A stretch of DNA of 34,455 nt. Origin: a virus (lineage: Duplodnaviria; Caudoviricetes). Position numbers and translations under genes: made by a program. Of this stretch, positions 25,448 through 33,580 are shown piece by piece. The stretch is from the IMG/VR virus record IMGVR_UViG_3300012667_000182, positions 1 through 34,455 of that record; one strand, written 5' to 3'. Position 1 is the first letter of the stretch; every line of letters begins with the position of its first letter. The notes below the pieces were generated by a model. It saw nothing but the letters and a program-made list of their open reading frames with translations. It ran no database searches and was not told the origin of the DNA.

Positions 25448-27639
25448 TGGACAACCTCTACTCCAGCTACCTTACCGTCAGGGCCACGAATAATGCGCTT
25501 AGGTGCGGAAACCATGTTTTTAACGCCGTTAATCTGCTCAATTGTCTGAGCTTGCATTTGCATCATTCCCTCATGCAGTTGCGCCATACGGTTAAGAGCG
25601 TCATTTAAGCTCATGCCAAGTTGCTCAACCAATTGCTTAGATTGTAGCTCTTGTGCCTCAAGCAACGGGATGTCAACGCCAGGGTTAGCTTTAATACGCT
25701 CTAAATTAATCTGCTTTTGCGCTTCGTATTGCACCTTCCAAGATTCAAAGTCTTGCTTCTGCTTCTCTAAAGCTGCTTCACTTTGCGCTTTCAGTTGCTC
25801 AATCTGCATATCTGCTTCAACCCTAGCTTGTTCACGTTGCTGATCCGCTTGCGCTTTAAGCATTTCTGGATCAGGCTGCGGAGGCTGCTGCGAAGCTTGT
25901 GCTTGCTTTTGCTTCAATTGCTCCATCGCTTGATCTATAGTGCCTTCAATTGGTGTAGCTTGCTTGTATGCAGAGACTCCAAACTTGACCATATCCACAA
26001 GCATTGGCACTAATTCCGGAGATTGCTGACCCATTGGGAGAGCTTGCGACAAGAATCCACCCATAGCTTGCAAGAACTCAACACGGTCACGCTTGTGCTG
26101 ATTTTCGTCAATCTGCACTAAGCTGTCTGCTGCGACTTCAATGCGGAATGTGCGTAAAACCTTGTCTTTAATCAGCATTAACGCTTCAGGGACAAGTTGC
26201 TTGTCAGCATCACTCATCTGTTCAGCAGCAGCATACTGAATAATCGTCTGTGGCTGAAACTTAGAGCAAATAATCTGTGCTTTAAGCTGAATTAACGCTG
26301 TGGCGAAAAGTGCAACGTCCTCCTGCATGGAGCGAAGTCGTAGACCTGCGTACTGTCCCTTAATTTGTTGAGCTGTCGCTGTTTCGCTTGCCGCTGTTTG
26401 ACCACGAACAATATCCGAAATACCTGTGATTTCATAGATTTGCCCCTTAATCTCGTCCCTTGCTCGATAACATTGGAGCAAAGCGTTAGAAATCTGGTCA
26501 ATAGGAAGAATGTCGATAGAGCCCTTTAAGCCACCCTTTTCAGAGAAGCCCATCCACTTATCTACAGGTATCAACGTGTTGTTGTCACCCTCAGTAAGCA
26601 AACGCTGCAATGCGGGTTGTGACGCATCGTACACACCACGGATACGCAAAGCTTTGACTAAACCGTCAATACGGTCAGTTAGGATATCTAGCTCTTGCGC
26701 TTGGTCTTGATACAACACGAAGTCAGCAACAGGCACTAACGTGTCGCTAGTCATCGTTGCATAGAGCGGTTTAGCACAAGGGAAGAAGTTTTCTAGTCCT
26801 AGCGGGTCATCACGTTCGTCAATAATGCGACCAGATGTCTTGCTAAACCAGTAAACCTTTTCTGTTTCTAAGTCCCAAAGCTCACAAATCTTAGCTCTAG
26901 TGAAGTCACGATTGTTTTGACCGTACTGCTTGTTGGATTCAGGGCCAGCGTCCAAAGGAATCTTGTTGCCAACATCCTCGCCAAATCGCTCAATCAACGA
27001 TTCACGAGTCATGTATACCCAACGCCATACTTGGGTAACTTCTTCCCATGTACGAGCAACAGAGTGCCCAAAGTCTTTCCAATGCACATAATCAGTAGGA
27101 GCGCATTCGTATTCAATTTCTTCTTGCGGTTCAGCATCCATGCCAGCAGAACCGTCAAGCGTAGCACCCTCGTTACCTGTGCCAGTTTCTTTGTCAACGT
27201 CTTCAGTTACCTGATAACCGTCCTCTGGCATATTTTGAGCGATTACGTGCGGTTCATAACGAACCCATGCGACACCACGACCGCCGAGGAATCTATCCTC
27301 GACAGCGTTACGCATTGCGCTACGAAAGTCTGAGTAATGCTCAATCTCAAAGTCTAGCGCACGCTCAATTAGCTGTGATGCAACACGCCCAACAGGATCA
27401 TTGTCACCGTACCTACGACTTACAGAAGATTTTGGCAACCGAGCGTAGACAGCAGGAATAAGGGTCTGCACGTTTGACCACAAAATGTTGAACTTTGCAG
27501 TTTCATTTGTGTTCTGATTGCGGTTATCGTCACGATAACGTTTCACAATCTTTTGTGTGCGAGCTTCCCACTTTTTAAACTCATTATCGTATTGACCAAT
27601 GATGTTTAAATACTTCTGAATGCCTGTTAGAGCTTCCAT
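25444..27639 (-). CDS. Portal protein
   Basis: 731 aa after TerL; NILWSNVQTL.P, GRGVAWV.Y, ITGISDI.RG and ETATAQQIK motifs; Q-rich C-terminal barrel (P22-like). Confidence 0.85.
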   Translation of the reverse strand: MEALTGIQKYLNIIGQYDNEFKKWEARTQKIVKRYRDDNRNQNTNETAKFNILWSNVQTLIPAVYARLPKSSVSRRYGDNDPVGRVASQLIERALDFEIEHYSDFRSAMRNAVEDRFLGGRGVAWVRYEPHVIAQNMPEDGYQVTEDVDKETGTGNEGATLDGSAGMDAEPQEEIEYECAPTDYVHWKDFGHSVARTWEEVTQVWRWVYMTRESLIERFGEDVGNKIPLDAGPESNKQYGQNNRDFTRAKICELWDLETEKVYWFSKTSGRIIDERDDPLGLENFFPCAKPLYATMTSDTLVPVADFVLYQDQAQELDILTDRIDGLVKALRIRGVYDASQPALQRLLTEGDNNTLIPVDKWMGFSEKGGLKGSIDILPIDQISNALLQCYRARDEIKGQIYEITGISDIVRGQTAASETATAQQIKGQYAGLRLRSMQEDVALFATALIQLKAQIICSKFQPQTIIQYAAAEQMSDADKQLVPEALMLIKDKVLRTFRIEVAADSLVQIDENQHKRDRVEFLQAMGGFLSQALPMGQQSPELVPMLVDMVKFGVSAYKQATPIEGTIDQAMEQLKQKQAQASQQPPQPDPEMLKAQADQQREQARVEADMQIEQLKAQSEAALEKQKQDFESWKVQYEAQKQINLERIKANPGVDIPLLEAQELQSKQLVEQLGMSLNDALNRMAQLHEGMMQMQAQTIEQINGVKNMVSAPKRIIRGPDGKVAGVEVVQ

Positions 27640-27649
27640 TTAGAACCTC

Positions 27650-27955
27650 TTAGCTAAATAATCCAACCGCAACGACTGACACACCTGCGCCTGTGGTGAC
27701 TTGCCAACCTGCATAGCCAGAAGCTATATTTAGCTCAATGTCTAGCACGCCGGTAGTTGCTACTGGTGCTGGAACAATTGGAATAACAATCAAGCCATCA
27801 GTCAGCGTAACAGTAGCAGTAGCTGCTGAAGTGACTGTGCAAACTAGACGATGCAGGTAATCGCCTGGTGCGCCTGCTAAACCCAACATTTGCGTTGTTT
27901 GACTAGGTGCAACTGTTTCGTATTGATAACCATAACCACGTTGTACGCCACTCAT
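27650..27955 (-). CDS. Hypothetical beta-rich protein
   Basis: 101-aa ORF with an ATGA overlap to TerL. Confidence 0.7.
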   Translation of the reverse strand: MSGVQRGYGYQYETVAPSQTTQMLGLAGAPGDYLHRLVCTVTSAATATVTLTDGLIVIPIVPAPVATTGVLDIELNIASGYAGWQVTTGAGVSVVAVGLFS

Positions 27956-29289
27956 AATCGACTGCTCCGGTTAGTTTTGTGGGTTGCCCACATATCGTTT
28001 AATGTAACTGTGTTTTCTGGGCCAACCATCAACGGTTTTTCGATGTCTGGGGCTTTTACCTTGGGTTCTAAGCGCCAAGCTACAGCCATCATGCGGAAAG
28101 CGTCAGAGGGGTGTGATGTCCAATCATGTCTTGGACTAGCCCTAAATGACTTCTTGTCCTCATCGTACTCACGTTGATACTGCCTCAGAGCCTCAAGTCC
28201 ATCCGAGCATTTAGTCTTGTCGAACCAACACATAGGAAGGCATTGTCGTACTGCTTGAATCCCATCTTGCACACCAATATCAGGAACAATCGTCAAGTTA
28301 TTGATGCCAAGATACTCAGCTAATTGCTCAATCACCGATTTACCCTGTGCTGCAAGCGTTTTAGCTCTTGCATCATGCGGAAGGTTGTGTTTTCCGTATT
28401 TATAGGGCTTTTCTTTGATTATTTTAGCAATTTCTCCAATATTAGCACCAGAAATCGCATAAAAGTCGATTAAATGTATCTCGTTACGAACGACTTGATA
28501 CCACCAAATTGCGGTGTCATCACGGTAGCCTAAGTCCCATGCTGTATGTACAGGTAAGTGAGGGTCATAAGGTACGTTAGTAACACGCCCCTCGTCCTCT
28601 GCAAGTCTAAGGTCTACACCGTAGTAAGCACCTAAGATAGCTGCTTCAAACGAGCATTCATATTCTTGTAGGTATTGGTCTTCGCTAATCTGTGCTCTTG
28701 CAGCATTCAATTCTGTTGCTGGCAGCAATCCTGACTCAGACGCTGTGAGCTTTAAGCAAAACCATTCACCATCGCTTTTATTAGCTTGGTCATAGATTTG
28801 CCAAAACTGGTTTTTACCCTTTGGTGTGCCAGCGAACACAGCCCAACCCTGCTTGTCTGATAGCGTAGGACGGATGACGTTACCCCATACGCTAGGTCTG
28901 AAGTCACCGTACTCGTCCATAAACACACCAGAGAAACCCAATCCTCGCATAGCGTCCGCATTGTCTGCACCGAATAGACGTATCTTTGCGCCCGTTATTA
29001 GCTCAACGGTCAATTCCGCTTCATTTGAGCTTTTAAGAACGGGTGCAGCAAAGTGCTTAAGGTAATCCCATGCAACAGACTTAGCTTGGCTTCTATAGGG
29101 TGCTATGTAGGCATATAGCGGGTAATCGTCCCTGCTCATTAGCGCAGCACGCACAATGTCGTTAATCGCTGCTACCGTCTTTCCTGCTCGTCTGTGAGCA
29201 ACAAGACACGCCCAACGCTGTGTTCTGTTGTGGAAGGGACTAAAAGCTTTGCGAGGGGAGTACGGAAGCGTTACTTCTCGTCTTGCCAC
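27952..29289 (-). CDS. terL: Terminase large subunit
   Basis: HRRAGKT (Walker A), FMDEY (Walker B), GTPKG, AWDLGY.D and SH.SDAFR motifs. Confidence 0.95.
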   Translation of the reverse strand: MARREVTLPYSPRKAFSPFHNRTQRWACLVAHRRAGKTVAAINDIVRAALMSRDDYPLYAYIAPYRSQAKSVAWDYLKHFAAPVLKSSNEAELTVELITGAKIRLFGADNADAMRGLGFSGVFMDEYGDFRPSVWGNVIRPTLSDKQGWAVFAGTPKGKNQFWQIYDQANKSDGEWFCLKLTASESGLLPATELNAARAQISEDQYLQEYECSFEAAILGAYYGVDLRLAEDEGRVTNVPYDPHLPVHTAWDLGYRDDTAIWWYQVVRNEIHLIDFYAISGANIGEIAKIIKEKPYKYGKHNLPHDARAKTLAAQGKSVIEQLAEYLGINNLTIVPDIGVQDGIQAVRQCLPMCWFDKTKCSDGLEALRQYQREYDEDKKSFRASPRHDWTSHPSDAFRMMAVAWRLEPKVKAPDIEKPLMVGPENTVTLNDMWATHKTNRSSRL

Positions 29290-29567
29290 TTGACCACCAG
29301 TTCGATTGGGCCGTTATCCGCACCAACGTGCTCTTGTCTTGCTAGCTTAGGAACGTGGTACTCAGCGACAGCCATGAAGCAATCAAAAGCTGTCTTTGGC
29401 CCGTACCTATCGTCTATAGCAATCTGCTCGAGCCATTCTTGCAATAGGTGTGCATTACCATCAACAAATGCTGCAATCGCCTCACGAGCCTTTGTAGTGC
29501 TTTTATTCGGCACTCCTTTCGGTCTACCAGCACCCTTAATATTCTTTAATTGTTTTTTACTATCCAT
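29271..29567 (-). CDS. terS: Terminase small subunit
   Basis: GRPKGVPNKST motif and E..G..GPI tail; immediately upstream of TerL; start 29567 or 29579. Confidence 0.75.
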   Translation of the reverse strand: MDSKKQLKNIKGAGRPKGVPNKSTTKAREAIAAFVDGNAHLLQEWLEQIAIDDRYGPKTAFDCFMAVAEYHVPKLARQEHVGADNGPIELVVKWQDEK

Positions 29568-29591
29568 ATCTTTTCTCAATTGTTGTAGAGC

Positions 29592-29632
29592 TTTAGATAG
29601 GTTAATTATATCTTACTTATCTAGCTTATCAA
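29592..29632 (-). promoter_or_regulatory. Putative promoter of the packaging/structural operon with an operator-like site
   Basis: TTGATA (29632-29627)-16-TATAAT (29610-29605); TTTAG-ATAG-GTTAA at 29592-29605 overlaps the predicted start site. Confidence 0.55.
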
Positions 29633-30686
29633 ATTCTTGCTTGAGCAGGTCTTTTCTTGTAACAGGCACATCGTTCTTTTCTAATATCTTTACTGTTTCT
29701 GGTTTAAATACTACAAAATTGCTTGTTCCTTTTTCTGTGCCTCCTCTACTGCCTTCATCTAAATAGCGTATGCCGCTAATTCCAAGTTCAGATAATTTTA
29801 ATGATGCTTTACGGTTTCCTGTTTCAGGGCCTGGATTTTTGATGTTTTCTTTACCAGCAATTCTGTTGTAAATCATTTGACCAAGTTCGTTTGCATCGTA
29901 ATCGTTACCATTTCGATCATACAAATCAGGGTCATATTTTGCTAAAGCAATTTGTACTTCTTGAGTTTGCTTGTTTAATGGCTTATCCCAATCAAGCATT
30001 AAAGGCACTTGTTCATCAGGAATGTCTACTTTATAAAGATAACCTTCTTGTGTTTTATATTTTTTCTCAAAATCAGCACCATATCCATTTCTTTGCATTC
30101 TGTCACGGCGTTCAATTAAATCTGCATATTCTGGTGATTTTTGATCAATTATTTTGCCAGTTTTGGTTTCTAAAAATGTAGGATTTTCAACAAGCATTCT
30201 TTTATATGCTTCTCCTGTTCCCCTAGCTTGACCAAAATACATTCCATCACCATAAGCTTGTGAGCCCTCGCCCGTACCGACTTTAGCTAAATCAAAATTA
30301 CCTTCAATATTATGCGGTGAGCCATGCCAAGCGTTCATTGACAAGTCAACACCACCTTGACCTGTTGGGTTACGCAACGCTTTCCCCGTAGCTATTCCGC
30401 CGCCAAAGGTGTTCAAAGCCATGTTTGCAGCTTCTTCACCTGCGTTAAATGTCGGGTCTAAGCCTGTTCTTGCTCGTTCTGGTGCGCTAAACGCATTCAG
30501 TGCGCCAGCTAAAATGCCAGGTAACGCTACTTCTCGCTGATTAAATACTGACCCTTCCATCGTGTCACGGAATGGCAAAAACGTAGCTCGACCCTCCATT
30601 GGTAATTGCTTTTTGTACCAAGGTTGCTCTGCTTCAATTGCGTTAAATGCGCTAAGTTGAGCAGCTAAGTCTTTTGGGTCAGCCAT
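29613..30686 (-). CDS. Polyvalent-protein-type ADP-ribosyltransferase-like protein
   Basis: AWHGSPH...FD...GTGEG.QAYG.G.YF, LYKVDIP and GI.GIRYLD...N.VVF....KI motifs, as in ART-fold domains of polyvalent proteins. Confidence 0.6.
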   Translation of the reverse strand: MADPKDLAAQLSAFNAIEAEQPWYKKQLPMEGRATFLPFRDTMEGSVFNQREVALPGILAGALNAFSAPERARTGLDPTFNAGEEAANMALNTFGGGIATGKALRNPTGQGGVDLSMNAWHGSPHNIEGNFDLAKVGTGEGSQAYGDGMYFGQARGTGEAYKRMLVENPTFLETKTGKIIDQKSPEYADLIERRDRMQRNGYGADFEKKYKTQEGYLYKVDIPDEQVPLMLDWDKPLNKQTQEVQIALAKYDPDLYDRNGNDYDANELGQMIYNRIAGKENIKNPGPETGNRKASLKLSELGISGIRYLDEGSRGGTEKGTSNFVVFKPETVKILEKNDVPVTRKDLLKQEFDKLDK

Positions 30687-30696
30687 AACTCACCTA

Positions 30697-31077
30697 TCAG
30701 GGTTTACGCATCAATTCTGGGTTAATCATGGTTGCGCCACGCTGTGCCATGCCTTGACCCATGCCTTGAGCGCCAAGACTGTTGATTGCGCCTTGCAACA
30801 TTTGACGGCGATCCATTTGCGGAGGATTCGTAGGCATATTTGCTGAGTAACTTTGCTGAGGCGTTGGCATCCCGTAATCACCTTGCGGTTGCTGGACGGG
30901 CATCTGACCTTGCATTGCGTCTTGCGTTTGCATTGGGCTTTGCGCCATTTGCATTCTGTCCATTTCGGACATTGCGCCAGAACCTTGCATCCCTTGCGTG
31001 CCTTGCATAATCTTTTGCATTTGTTGCTGTTGCAACATTTGTGCTAATTTTTGTGCGTCTAAGTTTTGGCTATCCAT
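30697..31077 (-). CDS. Low-complexity Q/M/G-rich protein
   Basis: 126-aa ORF with AGGA RBS, in operon orientation. Confidence 0.7.
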   Translation of the reverse strand: MDSQNLDAQKLAQMLQQQQMQKIMQGTQGMQGSGAMSEMDRMQMAQSPMQTQDAMQGQMPVQQPQGDYGMPTPQQSYSANMPTNPPQMDRRQMLQGAINSLGAQGMGQGMAQRGATMINPELMRKP

Positions 31078-31085
31078 GATAATTC

Positions 31086-31442
31086 CTATTTAAGAAACCG
31101 CAGTTTATAGAGCGTAGAGTCAATCAGTTGAGCTATTTCGTCAACAATGTTTTGTAATTGACTATCTTTAGGTAACTCTTTGCGGATTTCTTCAACGAAA
31201 TCACACAGACTTTTCAAATATCGTTGCGGATTTTTTGCTAAATGAAAGTCATCCGGATATATTTTAATCTTGTCGTATGCGCCTTGATACGCTTCTGTAA
31301 ACTGGTCTACTAGGTCTACAATTGCGTCATAGTATTCGCCCAGAGCAACGTGTTCTGCATAGCTTTCAGTTTGAAAGTGCATAAAATGCGTATTTGTTGC
31401 AGAGTGCAGCAGGGTTGATACAAAAGTAGCTGGATAGTCCAT
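31086..31442 (-). CDS. Ferritin/Dps-like four-helix protein (DUF5856-like)
   Basis: H..H.QT.SYAEH.AL..YY......D...E.YQG and LQNI.DEI.......YKL motifs. Confidence 0.75.
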   Translation of the reverse strand: MDYPATFVSTLLHSATNTHFMHFQTESYAEHVALGEYYDAIVDLVDQFTEAYQGAYDKIKIYPDDFHLAKNPQRYLKSLCDFVEEIRKELPKDSQLQNIVDEIAQLIDSTLYKLRFLK

Positions 31443-31805
31443 TTACGCCTCGTTTTCAATGGTCGCTACTGTAATTGTACAACCACCTCCCTTTTTAATC
31501 GACCCCCTACATACGTATATGCGGTCAAACTGGCTATCATCCTCAAACAATCCTGCGTCCTGCAAGCTGTCAAACAACGCCTTCAAACGGTTATCTAGGT
31601 CAATGCTGCGTCTATCCCTTGGGAATATGGTTATCGTAGCTCCTAAACGTTCCTGACCAAACTTAGGTAAGTTGTGCGTTGCAACATACTCTTGCACAGC
31701 TACTTTATATTCTCTACCCCCTGCGCTAAGTACGGTGCGCCCCCTAAAATTGCGCCAGTATGTATTGACGCTAGGCGGCAACGGTAGCTCTAAGGTTATT
31801 TGCAT
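31443..31805 (-). CDS. rusA: RusA Holliday junction resolvase
   Basis: LP.PPSVN.YWR and DLDN.LK...D.L..AG...DDSQ motifs. Confidence 0.9.
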   Translation of the reverse strand: MQITLELPLPPSVNTYWRNFRGRTVLSAGGREYKVAVQEYVATHNLPKFGQERLGATITIFPRDRRSIDLDNRLKALFDSLQDAGLFEDDSQFDRIYVCRGSIKKGGGCTITVATIENEA

Positions 31806-32065
31806 AACGCCTCAGTTTGTTCAAGCAAATCTTCTTCTGTTACGCCGTAAAACTCTGCAAACGCTTTTTTGCCTAGCCCATGTACGCCGCTGTTGCCTGT
31901 GTGATGTTCAGGGCATAGCGGTATAACTGGTGCGTTTATACGCTTCATTCCTAGTCTGCGAATATGATGCAAATGGCTAGGCGTTTCCCCATAGCCAAGA
32001 TGTCTGCATAGCGCACAACCTAGCTCGGCTAACTTTTCGTAGTGTTTCTTTTGCGCTTTATTCAC
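31796..32065 (-). CDS. Ref-like HNH nuclease
   Basis: LGCALC...HHIR...VIPLCPEHH.G..GVH motifs. Confidence 0.8.
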   Translation of the reverse strand: MNKAQKKHYEKLAELGCALCRHLGYGETPSHLHHIRRLGMKRINAPVIPLCPEHHTGNSGVHGLGKKAFAEFYGVTEEDLLEQTEALCK

Positions 32066-32388
32066 GTTGTCATCCGTTCTAGGTGTCGGTTGCTTGCTTG
32101 CTCTGTGCGGTACGCTTCAAACCGCATCTTAGCTGCCTCAAGCCTCCATTTAAGGGTTTCTGCGTGTTCTACAGCTTGACCTATAGCTACGCATAGGTTT
32201 TGATAGTCTTGGTGTGCGTATGCCTCACGCTCTTGCGCTCCAATAGCGGTTTCATAGCTTTGCTTCATCAAAATAGCTTTTAAGCTGCTTTTGTAGGTTT
32301 CAAGCTCTGCAACCTTACCTTTTGCTTTACCGTATTCTGGTGCATTTTTATATATGTAATTAATACTTTCATGTGGGTCGAAGTCCAT
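32062..32388 (-). CDS. Conserved helical phage protein (possibly a UvsY-like recombination mediator)
   Basis: 108-aa coiled coil with QEREAYA...Y, next to Ref and RusA; function is inference only. Confidence 0.6.
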   Translation of the reverse strand: MDFDPHESINYIYKNAPEYGKAKGKVAELETYKSSLKAILMKQSYETAIGAQEREAYAHQDYQNLCVAIGQAVEHAETLKWRLEAAKMRFEAYRTEQASNRHLERMTT

Positions 32389-32728
32389 ATTGTCCTTTAA
32401 ATATCTGGCTATGTTTTATAAGCATTTTTTTCTTGTGTGACTTTGCAGCTCGTTGTTTAGGTGTAAATGCAGGTGGTTTAGGTTTGTCTACACGGCTTCC
32501 GGCTTTAAATAATGGTCTGAGGTGGTACTTTTTGCCTATTGCCTCACGTTGCCAATCATAAATATAGATACGCTTGCCAAACTTCTTTGATACTCGTCTA
32601 AGCCTAGTCAGCACACTCGCTACGTCATCATGGGTAAGACCTAATGCGCTGCATATCTCTATTTTGGTCATTTCGTGGTTTTGCAGCAATAACAAAATAC
32701 GGTCTGTTGTATTGCCCCATGCTATCAA
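32369..32728 (-). CDS. Putative winged-HTH DNA-binding protein
   Basis: ILLLL....MTKIEICSALGL....V...L.RL pattern; basic C-terminus. Confidence 0.65.
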   Translation of the reverse strand: MIAWGNTTDRILLLLQNHEMTKIEICSALGLTHDDVASVLTRLRRVSKKFGKRIYIYDWQREAIGKKYHLRPLFKAGSRVDKPKPPAFTPKQRAAKSHKKKMLIKHSQIFKGQYGLRPT

Positions 32729-32934
32729 TCTGTTCTTCCTGTAATTTGGTTGTTAAACGCTTCGTTAAGGCACTTTATGGCGTGTTTTGCGATTGGGTAA
32801 GGTGTTTGCTTGTCTATCTCAACTAATGCGTTGTAGGCGATTTGCATGGCTCTACGTTCTGTCATTGCTTGCGGCTTTTTGTTTTGTTTAGCTTCAAGCT
32901 GTTGCCATGCAAATTCTTCTGGGTCATCAATCAT
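32725..32934 (-). CDS. Hypothetical protein
   Basis: 69-aa ORF overlapping both neighbours. Confidence 0.65.
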   Translation of the reverse strand: MIDDPEEFAWQQLEAKQNKKPQAMTERRAMQIAYNALVEIDKQTPYPIAKHAIKCLNEAFNNQITGRTD

Positions 32935-33124
32935 GTTTCTTCCCCATTGCTAGGTCAATCTGTTGATCTGTTTGTTCTTCAGTCACCATAAGCAACTGAC
33001 TTGTGTACTTGTTTAGCCACTTGTAGCGGTTAGCGTCTATTTCAAGTTGTCTTATGTACTCTTCTAGTTCTTCAATTTCTTGGTGCGTTAACCATGCTGT
33101 TTTAAGTTTTTCAATTAGCTTCAT
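32927..33124 (-). CDS. Hypothetical protein
   Basis: ATG at 33124 (ATGA overlap) after GGAGAGG; DANRYKWL motif common in small phage proteins. Confidence 0.7.
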   Translation of the reverse strand: MKLIEKLKTAWLTHQEIEELEEYIRQLEIDANRYKWLNKYTSQLLMVTEEQTDQQIDLAMGKKHD

Positions 33125-33435
33125 ACCCTCTCCACCTTTTCTTGGTTTGACCAATTAAGCTGCCCCCATATACCCGTGTATTGTTTTGCAAGTGTTAAAG
33201 CGTCCTCAACGTGGGTTTTTTGTTTTGGCATCAGCTTGTAAACAGCAACGTAACGTCCGCCGTTTGGTCTGCCAGTATCAAACATACCCTTTGCAACGTC
33301 TTTAAACGGTACTGTAGCGATTAGCCTGCGTACCTGATTGGGTGACATTTCAATGCGTTCTGCAAGCTCATAGGCGGTCAGCCATTTGTCTACGTTCTTC
33401 AATACGTGCATCAGTTCAATTTGACTTTTCTTCAC
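33121..33435 (-). CDS. Putative HTH DNA-binding protein
   Basis: GTG at 33435 after GGAGG; WLTAYELAERIEMSPNQVRRLI. Confidence 0.7.
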   Translation of the reverse strand: MKKSQIELMHVLKNVDKWLTAYELAERIEMSPNQVRRLIATVPFKDVAKGMFDTGRPNGGRYVAVYKLMPKQKTHVEDALTLAKQYTGIWGQLNWSNQEKVERV

Positions 33436-33580
33436 GTTTAATCCTCCCGTCTGGATAAAACAAAGTGTTTTCAATTCTGCTTGGTGCTTCTAAAACCGTC
33501 ATGCTGCCTTGTCTTGTATGCGTTTTAGGCGTTTTGTATGCGGGTCTGTCAAATTTGTCTATTTTTTCTTTCTTTTTCAT
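33416..33580 (-). CDS. Small basic hypothetical protein
   Basis: ATG at 33580 overlaps the methyltransferase TGA; R.GS...L..PSR motif. Confidence 0.6.
   Translation of the reverse strand: MKKKEKIDKFDRPAYKTPKTHTRQGSMTVLEAPSRIENTLFYPDGRIKREEKSN

Noticed and set aside
29194-29766. 190-aa + strand ORF, and other + strand ORFs across 5500-34400
   Set aside because: Antisense shadows of well-supported - strand genes; no recognisable motifs or operon context.
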